DNA of 64,000 nucleotides from Eledone cirrhosa (GCA_964016885.1 OZ024742.1:18414001-18478000), one strand, 5' to 3'; counted from the stretch's first letter, positions 1 through 14,300 are shown. Program-made: numbers and translations. The notes: generated by a model not told the origin, from the letters alone.

Positions 1-84
1 CTTACTACGTCTCTTGTAATGGAGACGAAGTGTTGCGACTTACTACGTCTCTTGACAATGGAGACGAAGGGTTACGACTTACTA

Positions 85-105
85 CGTCTCTTGACAATAG
101 AGACG
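85..105. other. Per-monomer inverted repeat (7-bp stem CGTCTCT/AGAGACG, 7-nt loop TGACART); one example given, present in nearly every monomer
   Basis: Monomer positions 8-14 are the exact reverse complement of positions 22-28. T6-A30 and C5-G31 extend the stem past an A7.A29 mismatch. Confidence 0.95.
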
Positions 106-3100
106 AAGGGTTGCGACTAACTACGTCTCTTGACAGTAGAGACGAAGGGTTACGACTTACTACGTCTCTTGACAGTAGAGACGAAGGGTTACGACTTACT
201 ACGTCTCTTGACAGTAGAGACGAAGGGTTGCGACTTACTACGTCTCTTGACAATAGAGACGAAGGGTTGCGACTTACTACGTCTCTTGACAGTAGAGACG
301 AAGGGTTACGACTTACTACGTCTCTTGACAGTAGAGACGAAGGGTTACGACTTACTACGTCTCTTGACAATAGAGACGAAGGGTTGCGACCTACTACGTC
401 TCTTGACAATAGAGACGAAGGGTTACGACTTACTACGTCTCTTGACAGTAGAGACGAAGGGTTACGACTTACTACGTCTCTTTACAATAGAGACGAAGGG
501 TTACGACTTACTACGTCTCTTGTCAGTAGAGACGAAGGGTTGTGACTTACTACGTCTCTTGACAGTAGAGACGAAGGGTTGCGACTTACTACGTCTTTTG
601 ACAGTAGTGACGAAGGGTTGCGACTTACTACGTCTCTTGACAATAGAGACGAAGGGTTGCGACTTACTACGTCTCTTGACAGTAGAGACGAAGGGTTACG
701 ACTTACTACGTCTCTTGACAGTAGAGACGAAGGGTTACGACTTACTACGTCTCTTGACAATAGAGACGAAGGGTTGCGACCTACTACGTCTCTTGACAAT
801 AGAGACGAAGGGTTACGACTTACTACGTCTCTTGACAGTAGAGACGAAGGGTTACGACTTACTACGTCTCTTTACAATAGAGACGAAGGGTTACGACTTA
901 CTACGTCTCTTGACAGTAGAGACGAAGGGTTACGACTTACTACGTCTCTTGACAGTAGAGACGAAGGGTTGCGACTTACTACGTCTCTTGACAATAGAGA
1001 CGAAGGGTTGCGACTTACTACGTCTCTTGACAGTAGAGACGAAGGGTTACGACTTACTACGTCTCTTGACAGTAGAGACGAAGGGTTGCGACTTACTACG
1101 TCTCTTGACAATAGAGTCGAATAGTTACGACTTACTACGTCTCTTGACAGTAGAGACGAAGGGTTACGACTTACTACGTCTCTTGACAGTAGAGACGAAG
1201 GGTTACGACTTACTACGTCTCTTGACAATAGAGACGAAGGGTTGCGACCTACTACGTCTCTTGACAATAGAGACGAAGGGTTGCGACTTACTACGTCTCT
1301 TGACAGTAGAGACGAAGGGTTACGACTTACTACGTCTCTTTACAATAGAGACGAAGGGTTACGACTTACTACGTCTCTTGACAATAGAGACGAAGGGGTG
1401 CGACTTACTACGTCTCTTGACAATGGAGACGAAGGGTTACGACTTACTACGTCTCTTGACAATAGAGACGAAGGGTTACGACTTACTACGTCTCTTGACA
1501 ACAGAGACGAAGGGTTACGACTTTCTAAGTCTCTTGACAATGGAGACGAAGGGTTGCGACCTACTACGTCTCTTGACAATAGAGACGAAGGGTTACGACT
1601 TACTACGTCTATTGACAATAGAGACGAAGGGTTGCGACTTACTACGTCTCTTGACAGTAGAGACGAAGGGTTGCGATTTACTACGTCTCTTGACAATAGA
1701 GACGAAAGGTTGCGACTTACTACGTCTCTTGACAGTAGAGACGAAGGGTTACGACTTACTACGTCTCTTGACAGTAGAGACGAAGGGTTACGACTTACTA
1801 CGTCTCTTGACAGTAGAGACGAAGGGTTGCGACTTACTACGTCTCTTGACAATAGAGACGAAGGGTTGCGACTTACTACGTCTCTTGACAATAGAGACGA
1901 AGGGTTGCGACTTACTACGTCTCTTGACAGTAGAGACGAAGGGTTGCGACTTACTATGTCTCTTGACAGTAGAGACGAAGGGTTACGACTTACTACGTCT
2001 CTTGACAATAGAGACGAAGGGTTGCGACCTACTACGTCTCTTGACAATAGAGACGAAGGGTTGCGACTTACTACGTCTCTTGACAATGGAGACGAAGGGT
2101 TGCGACTTACTACGTCTCTTGTAATGGAGACGAAGGGTTGCGACTTACTACGTCTCTTGACAATGGAGACGAAGGGTTACGACTTAACTACGTCTTTTGA
2201 CAGTAGAGACGAAGGGTTGCGACTTACTACGTCTCTTGACAATAGAGACGAAGGGTTGCGACTTACTACGTCTCTTGACAGTAGAGACGAAGGCTTACGA
2301 CTTACTACGTCTCTTGACAGTAGAGCCGAAGGGTTGCGACTTACTACGTCTCTTGACAGTAGAGACGAAGTGTTGCGACTTACTACGTCTCTTGACAATA
2401 GAGACGAAGGGTTACGACTTACTACGTCTCTTGACAATAGAGACGAAGGGTTACGACTTACTACGTCTCTTGACAATAGAGACGAAAGTTTACGACTTAC
2501 TACGTCTCTTGACAGTAGAGCCGAAGGGTTGCGACTTACTACGTCTCTTGACAATAGAGACGAAGGGTTGCGACCTACTACGTCTCTTGACAATAGAGAC
2601 GAAGGGTTGCGACTTACTACGTCTCTTGACAATAGAGACGAAGGGTTGCGACTTACTACGTCTCTTGACAATAGAGACGAAGGGTTGCGACTTACTACGT
2701 CTCTTGACAGTAGAGACGAAGGGTTGCGACTTACTACGTCTCTTGACAGTAGAGACGAAGGGTTACGACTTACTACGTCTTTTGACAGTAGAGACGAAGG
2801 GTTGCGACTTACTACGTCTCTTGACAGTAGAGACGAAGGGTTACGACTTACTACGTCTCTTGACAATGGAGACGAAGGGTTGCTACTTACTACGTCTCTT
2901 GACAATAGAGACGAACGGTTGCGACGTACTACTTCTCTTGACAATAGAGACGAAGGGTTACGACTTACTACGTCTCTTGACAGTAGAGACGAAGGGTTAC
3001 GACTTACCTCATCTCTTGACAATAGAGACGAAGGGTTGCGACTTACTACGTCTCTTGACAGTAGAGACGAAGGGTTGCGACTTACTACGTTTCTTGACAA

Positions 3101-6100
3101 TAGAGACGAAGGGTTGCGACATACTACGTCTCTTGACAGTAGAGACGAAGGGTTGCGACTTACTACGTCTCTTGACAGTAGAGACGAAGGGTTACGACTT
3201 ACTACGTCTCTTGACAATAGAGACGAAGGGTTGCGACCTACTACGTCTCTTGACAATAGAGACGAAGGGATGCGACTTACTACGTCTCTTGACAATAGAG
3301 ACGAAGGGTTGCGACTTACTACGTCTCTTGACAATGGAGACGAATGGTTACGACTTACTACGTCTCTTGACAATAGAGACGAAGGGTTGCGACTTACTAC
3401 GTCTCTTGACAATGGAGACGAAGGGTTACGACTTACTACGTCTCTTGACAATAGAGACGAAGGGTTACGACTTACTACGTCTCTTGACAATAGAGACGAA
3501 GGGTTACGACTTACTACGTCTCTTGACAATGGAGACGAAGGGTTGCGACCTACTACGTCTCTTGACAATAGCGACGAAGGGTTGCGACTTACTACGTCTC
3601 TTGACAATGGAGACGAAGGGTTGCGACTTACTACGTCTCTTGTAATGGAGACGAAGGGTTGCGACTTACTACGTCTCTTGACAATGGAGACGAAGGGTTA
3701 CGACTTACTATGTCTCTTGACAATAGAGACGAAGGGTTACGACTTACTACGTCTCTTGACAATAGAGACGAAGGGTTGCGACTTACTACGTCTCTTGACA
3801 ATAGAGACGAAGGGTTACGACTTACTACGTCTCTTGACAATAGAGACGAAGGGTTACGACTTACTACGTCTCTTGTCAATGGAGACGAAGGGTTGCAACT
3901 TACTACGTCTCTTGACAGTAGAGACGAAGGGTTACGACTTACTACGTCTCTTGACAGTAGAGACGAAGGGTCACGACTTACTACGTCTCTTGACAGTAGA
4001 GACGAAGGGTTGCGACTTACTACGTCTCTTGACAATAGAGACGAAGGGTTGCGACTTACTACGTCTCTTGACAGTAGAGACGAAGGGTTACGACTTACTA
4101 CGTCTCTTGACAGTAGAGACGAAGGGTTGCGACTTACTACGTCTCTTGACAATAGAGTCGAAGGGTTACGACTTACTACGTCTCTTGACAGTAGAGACGA
4201 AGGGTTACGACTTACTACGTCTCTTGACAGTAGAGACGAAGGGTTGCGACTTACTACGTCTCTTGACAGTAGAGACGAAGGGTTGCGACTTACTACGTCT
4301 CTTGACAATAGAGACGAAGGGTTGCGACTTACTACGTCTCTTGACAGTAGAGACGAAGGGTTACGACTTACTACGTCTCTTGACAGTAGAGACGAAGGGT
4401 TGCGACTTACTACGTCTCTTGACAATAGAGACGAAGGGTTGCGACCTACTACGTCTCTTGACAATAGAGACGAAGGGTTACGACTTACTACGTCTCTTGA
4501 CAGCAGAGACGAAGGGTTACGACTTACTACGTCTCTTGACAATAGAGACGAAGGGTTACGACTTACTACGTCTCTTGACAATAGAGACGAAAGTTTACGA
4601 CTTACTACGTCTCTTGACAGTAGAGCCGAAGGGTTGCGACTTACTACGTCTCTTGACAATAGAGACGAAGGGTTGCGACCTACTACGTCTCTTGACAATA
4701 GAGACGAAGGGTTACGACTTACTACGTCTCTTGACAGTAGAGACGAAGGGTTGCGACTTACTACGTCTCTTGACAATAGAGACGAAGGGTTGCGACTTAC
4801 TACGTCTCTTGACAGTAGAGACGAAGGGTTACGACTTACTACGTCTCTTGACAGTAGAGACGAAGGGTTGCGACTTACTACGTCTCTTGACAATAGAGTC
4901 GAATAGTTACGACTTACTACGTCTCTTGACAGTAGAGACGAAGGGTTACGACTTACTACGTCTCTTGACAGTAGAGACGAAGGGTTACGACTTACTACGT
5001 CTCTTGACAATAGAGACGAAGGGTTGCGACCTACTACGTCTCTTGACAATAGAGACGAAGGGTTGCGACTTACTACGTCTCTTGACAGTAGAGACGAAGG
5101 GTTACGACTTACTACGTCTCTTTACAATAGAGACGAAGGGTTACGACTTACTACGTCTCTTGACAATAGAGACGAAGGGTTGCGACTTACTACGTCTCTT
5201 GACAATGGAGACGAAGGGTTACGACTTACTACGTCTCTTGACAATAGAGACGAAGGGTTACGACTTACTACGTCTCTTGACAACAGAGACGAAGGGTTAC
5301 GACTTTCTAAGTCTCTTGACAATGGAGACGAAGGGTTGCGACCTACTACGTCTCTTGACAATAGAGACGAAGGGTTGCGACTTACTACGTCTCTTGACAA
5401 TGGAGACGAAGGGTTGCGATTTATTACGTCTCTTGTAATGGAGACGAAGGGTTGCGACTTACTACGTCTCTTGACAATGGAGACGAAGGGTTACGACTTA
5501 CTACGTCTCTTGACAATAGAGACGAAGGGTTGCGACTTACTACGTCTCTTGACAATAGAGACGAAGGGTTACGACTTTCTACGTCTCTTGACAATAGAGA
5601 CGAAGGGTTACGACTTACTACGTCTCTTGACAATAGAGACGAAGGGTTGCGACTTACTACGTCTCTTGACAATAGAATCGAAGGGTTACGACTTACTACG
5701 TCTCTTGACAGTAGAGACGAAGGGTTACGACTTACTACGTCTCTTGACAGTAGAGACGAAGGGTTGCGACTTACTACGTCTCTTAACAGTAGAGACGAAG
5801 GGTTGCGACTTACTACGTCTCTTGACAATAGAGACGAAGGGTTGCGACTTACTACGTCTCTTGACAGTAGAGACGAAGGGTTACGACTTACTACGTCTCT
5901 TGACAGTAGAGACGAAGGGTTGCGACTTACTACGTCTCTTGACAGTAGAGACGAAGGGTTACGACTTACTACGTCTCTTGACAGTAGAGACGAAGGGTTG
6001 CGACTTACTACGTCTCTTGACAGTAGAGACGAAGGGTTACGACTTACTACGTCTCTTGACAGTAGAGACGAAGGGTTACGACTTACTACGTCTCTTGACA

Positions 6101-6669
6101 GTAGAGACGAAGGGTTGCGACTTACTACGTCTCTTGACAGTAGAGACGAAGGGTTGCGACTTACTACGTCTCTTGACAATAGAGACGAAGGGTTGCGACT
6201 TACTACGTCTCTTGACAGTAGAGACGAAGGGTTACGACTTACTACGTCTCTTGACAGTAGAGACGAAGGGTTGCGACTTACTACGTCTCTTGACAATAGA
6301 GACGAAGGGTTGCGACCTACTACGTCTCTTGACAATAGAGACGAAGGGTTACGACTTACTACGTCTCTTGACAGCAGAGACGAAGGGTTACGACTTACTA
6401 CGTCTCTTGACAATAGAGACGAAGGGTTACGACTTACTACGTCTCTTGACAATAGAGACGAAAGTTTACGACTTACTACGTCTCTTGACAGTAGAGCCGA
6501 AGGGTTGCGACTTACTACGTCTCTTGACAATAGAGACGAAGGGTTGCGACCTACTACGTCTCTTGACAATAGAGACGAAGGGTTACGACTTACTACGTCT
6601 CTTGACAGTAGAGACGAAGGGTTGCGACTTACTACGTCTCTTGACAATAGAGACGAAGGGTTGCGACTT

Positions 6670-7530
6670 ACTACGTCTCTTGACAGTAGAGACGAAGGGT
6701 TACGACTTACTACGTCTCTTGACAGTAGAGCCGAAGGGTTGCGACTTACTACGTCTCTTGACAATAGAGACGAAGGGTTGCGACTTACTACGTCTCTTGA
6801 CAGTAGAGACGAAGGGTTGCGACTTACTACGTTTCTTGACAATAGAGACGAAGGGTTGCGACATACTACGTCTCTTGACAGTAGAGACGAAGGGTTGCGA
6901 CTTACTACGTCTCTTGACAGTAGAGACGAAGGGTTACGACTTACTACGTCTCTTGACAATAGAGACGAAGGGTTGCGACCTACTACGTCTCTTGACAATA
7001 GAGACGAAGGGATGCGACTTACTACGTCTCTTGACAATAGAGACGAAGGGTTGCGACTTACTACGTCTCTTGACAATGGAGACGAATGGTTACGACTTAC
7101 TACGTCTCTTGACAGTAGAGACGAAGGGTTACGACTTACTACGTCTCTTGACAGTAGAGCCGAAGGGTTGCGACTTACTACGTCTCTTGACAATAGAGAC
7201 GAAGGGTTGCGACTTACTACGTCTCTTGACAGTAGAGACGAAGGGTTGCGACTTACTACGTTTCTTGACAATAGAGACGAAGGGTTGCGACATACTACGT
7301 CTCTTGACAGTAGAGACGAAGGGTTGCGACTTACTACGTCTCTTGACAGTAGAGACGAAGGGTTACGACTTACTACGTCTCTTGACAATAGAGACGAAGG
7401 GTTGCGACCTACTACGTCTCTTGACAATAGAGACGAAGGGATGCGACTTACTACGTCTCTTGACAATAGAGACGAAGGGTTGCGACTTACTACGTCTCTT
7501 GACAATGGAGACGAATGGTTACGACTTACT
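6670..7530. repeat. Local 429-bp (11-monomer) tandem duplication
   Basis: Variant series GAGCCG, CGTTTC, ACATAC, GGGATG, GAATGG repeats at offset 429 (6,830/7,259; 7,011/7,440). Confidence 0.85.
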
Positions 7531-8397
7531 ACGTCTCTTGACAATAGAGACGAAGGGTTGCGACTTACTACGTCTCTTGACAATAGAGACGAAGGGTTGC
7601 GACTTACTACGTCTCTTGACAGTAGAGACGAAGGGTTACGACTTACTACGTCTCTTGACAGTAGAGACGAAGGGTTGCGACTTACTACGTCTCTTGACAG
7701 TAGAGACGAAGGGTTACGACTTACTACGTCTCTTGACAGTAGAGACGAAGGGTTGCGACTTACTACGTCTCTTGACAGTAGAGACGAAGGGTTACGACTT
7801 ACTACGTCTCTTGACAGTAGAGACGAAGGGTTACGACTTACTACGTCTCTTGACAGTAGAGACGAAGGGTTGCGACTTACTACGTCTCTTGACAGTAGAG
7901 ACGAAGGGTTGCGACTTACTACGTCTCTTGACAATAGAGACGAAGGGTTGCGACTTACTACGTCTCTTGACAGTAGAGACGAAGGGTTACGACTTACTAC
8001 GTCTCTTGACAGTAGAGACGAAGGGTTGCGACTTACTACGTCTCTTGACAATAGAGACGAAGGGTTGCGACCTACTACGTCTCTTGACAATAGAGACGAA
8101 GGGTTACGACTTACTACGTCTCTTGACAGCAGAGACGAAGGGTTACGACTTACTACGTCTCTTGACAATAGAGACGAAGGGTTACGACTTACTACGTCTC
8201 TTGACAATAGAGACGAAAGTTTACGACTTACTACGTCTCTTGACAGTAGAGCCGAAGGGTTGCGACTTACTACGTCTCTTGACAATAGAGACGAAGGGTT
8301 GCGACCTACTACGTCTCTTGACAATAGAGACGAAGGGTTACGACTTACTACGTCTCTTGACAGTAGAGACGAAGGGTTGCGACTTACTACGTCTCTT

Positions 8398-11300
8398 GAC
8401 AATAGAGACGAAGGGTTGCGACTTACTACGTCTCTTGACAGTAGAGACGAAGGGTTACGACTTACTACGTCTCTTGACAGTAGAGCCGAAGGGTTGCGAC
8501 TTACTACGTCTCTTGACAATAGAGACGAAGGGTTGCGACTTACTACGTCTCTTGACAGTAGAGACGAAGGGTTGCGACTTACTACGTTTCTTGACAATAG
8601 AGACGAAGGGTTGCGACATACTACGTCTCTTGACAGTAGAGACGAAGGGTTGCGACTTACTACGTCTCTTGACAGTAGAGACGAAGGGTTACGACTTACT
8701 ACGTCTCTTGACAATAGAGACGAAGGGTTGCGACCTACTACGTCTCTTGACAATAGAGACGAAGGGATGCGACTTACTACGTCTCTTGACAATAGAGACG
8801 AAGGGTTGCGACTTACTACGTCTCTTGACAATGGAGACGAATGGTTACGACTTACTACGTCTCTTGACAATAGAGACGAAGGGTTGCGACTTACTACGTC
8901 TCTTGACAATGGAGACGAAGGGTTACGACTTACTACGTCTCTTGACAATAGAGACGAAGGGTTACGACTTACTACGTCTCTTGACAATAGAGACGAAGGG
9001 TTACGACTTACTACGTCTCTTGACAATGGAGACGAAGGGTTGCGACCTACTACGTCTCTTGACAATAGCGACGAAGGGTTGCGACTTACTACGTCTCTTG
9101 ACAATGGAGACGAAGGGTTGCGACTTACTACGTCTCTTGTAATGGAGACGAAGGGTTGCGACTTACTACGTCTCTTGACAATGGAGACGAAGGGTTACGA
9201 CTTACTATGTCTCTTGACAATAGAGACGAAGGGTTACGACTTACTACGTCTCTTGACAATAGAGACGAAGGTTTGCGACTTACTACGTCTCTTGACAATA
9301 GAGACGAAGGGTTACGACTTACTACGTCTCTTGACAATAGAGACGAAGGGTTACGACTTACTACGTCTCTTGTCAATGGAGACGAAGGGTTGCAACTTAC
9401 TACGTCTCTTGACAGTAGAGACGAAGGGTTACGACTTACTACGTCTCTTGACAGTAGAGACGAAGGGTCACGACTTACTACGTCTCTTGACAGTAGAGAC
9501 GAAGGGTTGCGACTTACTACGTCTCTTGACAATAGAGACGAAGGGTTGCGACTTACTACGTCTCTTGACAGTAGAGACGAAGGGTTACGACTTACTACGT
9601 CTCTTGACAGTAGAGACGAAGGGTTGCGACTTACTACGTCTCTTGACAATAGAGTCGAAGGGTTACGACTTACTACGTCTCTTGACAGTAGAGACGAAGG
9701 GTTACGACTTACTACGTCTCTTGACAGTAGAGACGAAGGGTTGCGACTTACTACGTCTCTTGACAGTAGAGACGAAGGGTTGCGACTTACTACGTCTCTT
9801 GACAATAGAGACGAAGGGTTGCGACTTACTACGTCTCTTGACAGTAGAGACGAAGGGTTACGACTTACTACGTCTCTTGACAGTAGAGACGAAGGGTTGC
9901 GACTTACTACGTCTCTTGACAATAGAGACGAAGGGTTGCGACCTACTACGTCTCTTGACAATAGAGACGAAGGGTTACGACTTACTACGTCTCTTGACAG
10001 CAGAGACGAAGGGTTACGACTTACTACGTCTCTTGACAATAGAGACGAAGGGTTACGACTTACTACGTCTCTTGACAATAGAGACGAAAGTTTACGACTT
10101 ACTACGTCTCTTGACAGTAGAGCCGAAGGGTTGCGACTTACTACGTCTCTTGACAATAGAGACGAAGGGTTGCGACCTACTACGTCTCTTGACAATAGAG
10201 ACGAAGGGTTACGACTTACTACGTCTCTTGACAGTAGAGACGAAGGGTTGCGACTTACTACGTCTCTTGACAATAGAGACGAAGGGTTGCGACTTACTAC
10301 GTCTCTTGACAGTAGAGACGAAGGGTTACGACTTACTACGTCTCTTGACAGTAGAGACGAAGGGTTGCGACTTACTACGTCTCTTGACAATAGAGTCGAA
10401 TAGTTACGACTTACTACGTCTCTTGACAGTAGAGACGAAGGGTTACGACTTACTACGTCTCTTGACAGTAGAGACGAAGGGTTACGACTTACTACGTCTC
10501 TTGACAATAGAGACGAAGGGTTGCGACCTACTACGTCTCTTGACAATAGAGACGAAGGGTTGCGACTTACTACGTCTCTTGACAGTAGAGACGAAGGGTT
10601 ACGACTTACTACGTCTCTTTACAATAGAGACGAAGGGTTACGACTTACTACGTCTCTTGACAATAGAGACGAAGGGTTGCGACTTACTACGTCTCTTGAC
10701 AATGGAGACGAAGGGTTACGACTTACTACGTCTCTTGACAATAGAGACGAAGGGTTACGACTTACTACGTCTCTTGACAACAGAGACGAAGGGTTACGAC
10801 TTTCTAAGTCTCTTGACAATGGAGACGAAGGGTTGCGACCTACTACGTCTCTTGACAATAGAGACGAAGGGTTGCGACTTACTACGTCTCTTGACAATGG
10901 AGACGAAGGGTTGCGATTTATTACGTCTCTTGTAATGGAGACGAAGGGTTGCGACTTACTACGTCTCTTGACAATGGAGACGAAGGGTTACGACTTACTA
11001 CGTCTCTTGACAATAGAGACGAAGGGTTGCGACTTACTACGTCTCTTGACAATAGAGACGAAGGGTTACGACTTTCTACGTCTCTTGACAATAGAGACGA
11101 AGGGTTACGACTTACTACGTCTCTTGACAATAGAGACGAAGGGTTGCGACTTACTACGTCTCTTGACAATAGAATCGAAGGGTTACGACTTACTACGTCT
11201 CTTGACAGTAGAGACGAAGGGTTACGACTTACTACGTCTCTTGACAGTAGAGACGAAGGGTTGCGACTTACTACGTCTCTTAACAGTAGAGACGAAGGGT

Positions 11301-14300
11301 TGCGACTTACTACGTCTCTTGACAATAGAGACGAAGGGTTGCGACTTACTACGTCTCTTGACAGTAGAGACGAAGGGTTACGACTTACTACGTCTCTTGA
11401 CAGTAGAGACGAAGGGTTGCGACTTACTACGTCTCTTGACAGTAGAGACGAAGGGTTACGACTTACTACGTCTCTTGACAGTAGAGACGAAGGGTTGCGA
11501 CTTACTACGTCTCTTGACAGTAGAGACGAAGGGTTACGACTTACTACGTCTCTTGACAGTAGAGACGAAGGGTTACGACTTACTACGTCTCTTGACAGTA
11601 GAGACGAAGGGTTGCGACTTACTACGTCTCTTGACAGTAGAGACGAAGGGTTGCGACTTACTACGTCTCTTGACAATAGAGACGAAGGGTTGCGACTTAC
11701 TACGTCTCTTGACAGTAGAGACGAAGGGTTACGACTTACTACGTCTCTTGACAGTAGAGACGAAGGGTTGCGACTTACTACGTCTCTTGACAATAGAGAC
11801 GAAGGGTTGCGACCTACTACGTCTCTTGACAATAGAGACGAAGGGTTACGACTTACTACGTCTCTTGACAGCAGAGACGAAGGGTTACGACTTACTACGT
11901 CTCTTGACAATAGAGACGAAGGGTTACGACTTACTACGTCTCTTGACAATAGAGACGAAAGTTTACGACTTACTACGTCTCTTGACAGTAGAGCCGAAGG
12001 GTTGCGACTTACTACGTCTCTTGACAATAGAGACGAAGGGTTGCGACCTACTACGTCTCTTGACAATAGAGACGAAGGGTTACGACTTACTACGTCTCTT
12101 GACAGTAGAGACGAAGGGTTGCGACTTACTACGTCTCTTGACAATAGAGACGAAGGGTTGCGACTTACTACGTCTCTTGACAGTAGAGACGAAGGGTTAC
12201 GACTTACTACGTCTCTTGACAGTAGAGACGAAGGGTTGCGACTTACTACGTCTCTTGACAATAGAGTCGAATAGTTACGACTTACTACGTCTCTTGACAG
12301 TAGAGACGAAGGGTTACGACTTACTACGTCTCTTGACAGTAGAGACGAAGGGTTACGACTTACTACGTCTCTTGACAATAGAGACGAAGGGTTGCGACCT
12401 ACTACGTCTCTTGACAATAGAGACGAAGGGTTGCGACTTACTACGTCTCTTGACAGTAGAGACGAAGGGTTACGACTTACTACGTCTCTTTACAATAGAG
12501 ACGAAGGGTTACGACTTACTACGTCTCTTGACAATAGAGACGAAGGGTTGCGACTTACTACGTCTCTTGACAATGGAGACGAAGGGTTACGACTTACTAC
12601 GTCTCTTGACAATAGAGACGAAGGGTTACGACTTACTACGTCTCTTGACAACAGAGACGAAGGGTTACGACTTTCTAAGTCTCTTGACAATGGAGACGAA
12701 GGGTTGCGACCTACTACGTCTCTTGACAATAGAGACGAAGGGTTGCGACTTACTACGTCTCTTGACAATGGAGACGAAGGGTTGCGATTTATTACGTCTC
12801 TTGTAATGGAGACGAAGGGTTGCGACTTACTACGTCTCTTGACAATGGAGACGAAGGGTTACGACTTACTACGTCTCTTGACAATAGAGACGAAGGGTTG
12901 CGACTTACTACGTCTCTTGACAATAGAGACGAAGGGTTACGACTTTCTACGTCTCTTGACAATAGAGACGAAGGGTTACGACTTACTACGTCTCTTGACA
13001 ATAGAGACGAAGGGTTGCGACTTACTACGTCTCTTGACAATAGAATCGAAGGGTTTCGACTTACTACGTCTCTTGACAGTAGAGACGAAGGGTTACGACT
13101 TACTACGTCTCTTGACAGTAGAGACGAAGGGTTGCGACTTACTACGTCTCTTAACAGTAGAGACGAAGGGTTGCGACTTACTACGTCTCTTGACAATAGA
13201 GACGAAGGGTTGCGACTTACTACGTCTCTTGACAGTAGAGACGAAGGGTTACGACTTACTACGTCTCTTGACAGTAGAGACGAAGGGTTGCGACTTACTA
13301 CGTCTCTTGACAGTAGAGACGAAGGGTTACGACTTACTACGTCTCTTGACAGTAGAGACGAAGGGTTGCGACTTACTACGTCTCTTGACAGTAGAGACGA
13401 AGGGTTGCGACTTACTACATCTCTTGACAGTAGAGACGAAGTGTTGCGACTTACTACGTCTTTTGACAGTAGAGACGAATGGTTGCAACTTACTACGTCT
13501 CTTGTCAATGGAGACGAAGGGTTACGACTTACTACGTCTCTTGACAATAGAGACGAAGGGTTGTGACTTACTACGTCTCTTGACAATAGAGACGAAGGGT
13601 TGTGACTTACTACGTCTCTTGACAATAGAGACGAAGGGTTGTGACTTACTACGTCTCTTGACAGTAGAGACGAAGGGTTGCGACTTACTACGTCTTTTGA
13701 CAGTAGTGACGAAGGGTTGCGACTTACTACGTCTCTTGACAATAGAGACGAAGGGTTGCGACTTACTACGTCTCTTGACAGTAGAGACGAAGGGTTGCGA
13801 CTTACTACGTCTCTTGACAGTAGAGACGAAGGGTTACGACTTACTACGTCTCTTGACAATAGAGACGAAGGGTGGCGACCTACTACGTCTCTTGACAATA
13901 GAGACGAAGGGTTGCGACTTACTACGTCTCCTGACAATGGAGACGAAGGGTTGCGACTTAGTACGTCTCTTGTAATGGAGACGAAGGGTTGCGACTTACT
14001 ACGTCTCTTGACAATGGAGACGAAGGGTTACGACTTACTACGTCTTTTGACAGTAGAGACGAAGGGTTGCGACTTACTACGTCTCTTGACAATAGAGACG
14101 AAGGTTGCGACTTACTACGTCTCTTGACAGTAGAGACGAACGGTTGCGACTTACTACGTCTCTTGACAATAGAGACGAAGGGTTACGACTTACTACGTCT
14201 CTTGACAGTAGAGCCGAAGGGTTGCGACTTACTACGTCTCTTGACAGTAGAGACGAAGGGTTCGAACTTACTACGTCTCTTGACAATAGAGACGAAGGGT

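Noticed and set aside
69-76. Telomere-like GGGTTA(C) motif and possible G-quadruplex
   Set aside because: It occurs once per 39 bp and only in the A36 allele. G-tracts are 36 nt apart and separated by a competing hairpin. Kb-scale duplicated variant patterns indicate recombinational spread, not telomerase synthesis.
85-116. Rho-independent terminator or integron attC site
   Set aside because: No U-tract follows the stem on either strand. There is no RYYYAAC/GTTRRRY pair enclosing a long imperfect stem, and no cassette ORFs.
91-125. Perfect sigma70 -35 hexamer TTGACA in each monomer
   Set aside because: The hexamer 17 bp downstream is CGACTT and nearby ones do not resemble TATAAT. There is no downstream gene and no evidence of a bacterial context.
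130-2124. Leucine-rich or LxxLL-like protein repeat (DLLRLLT)
   Set aside because: The 13-aa period does not fit LRR (20-30 aa), ankyrin, TPR or heptad patterns, and the frame is ended by every marker monomer.
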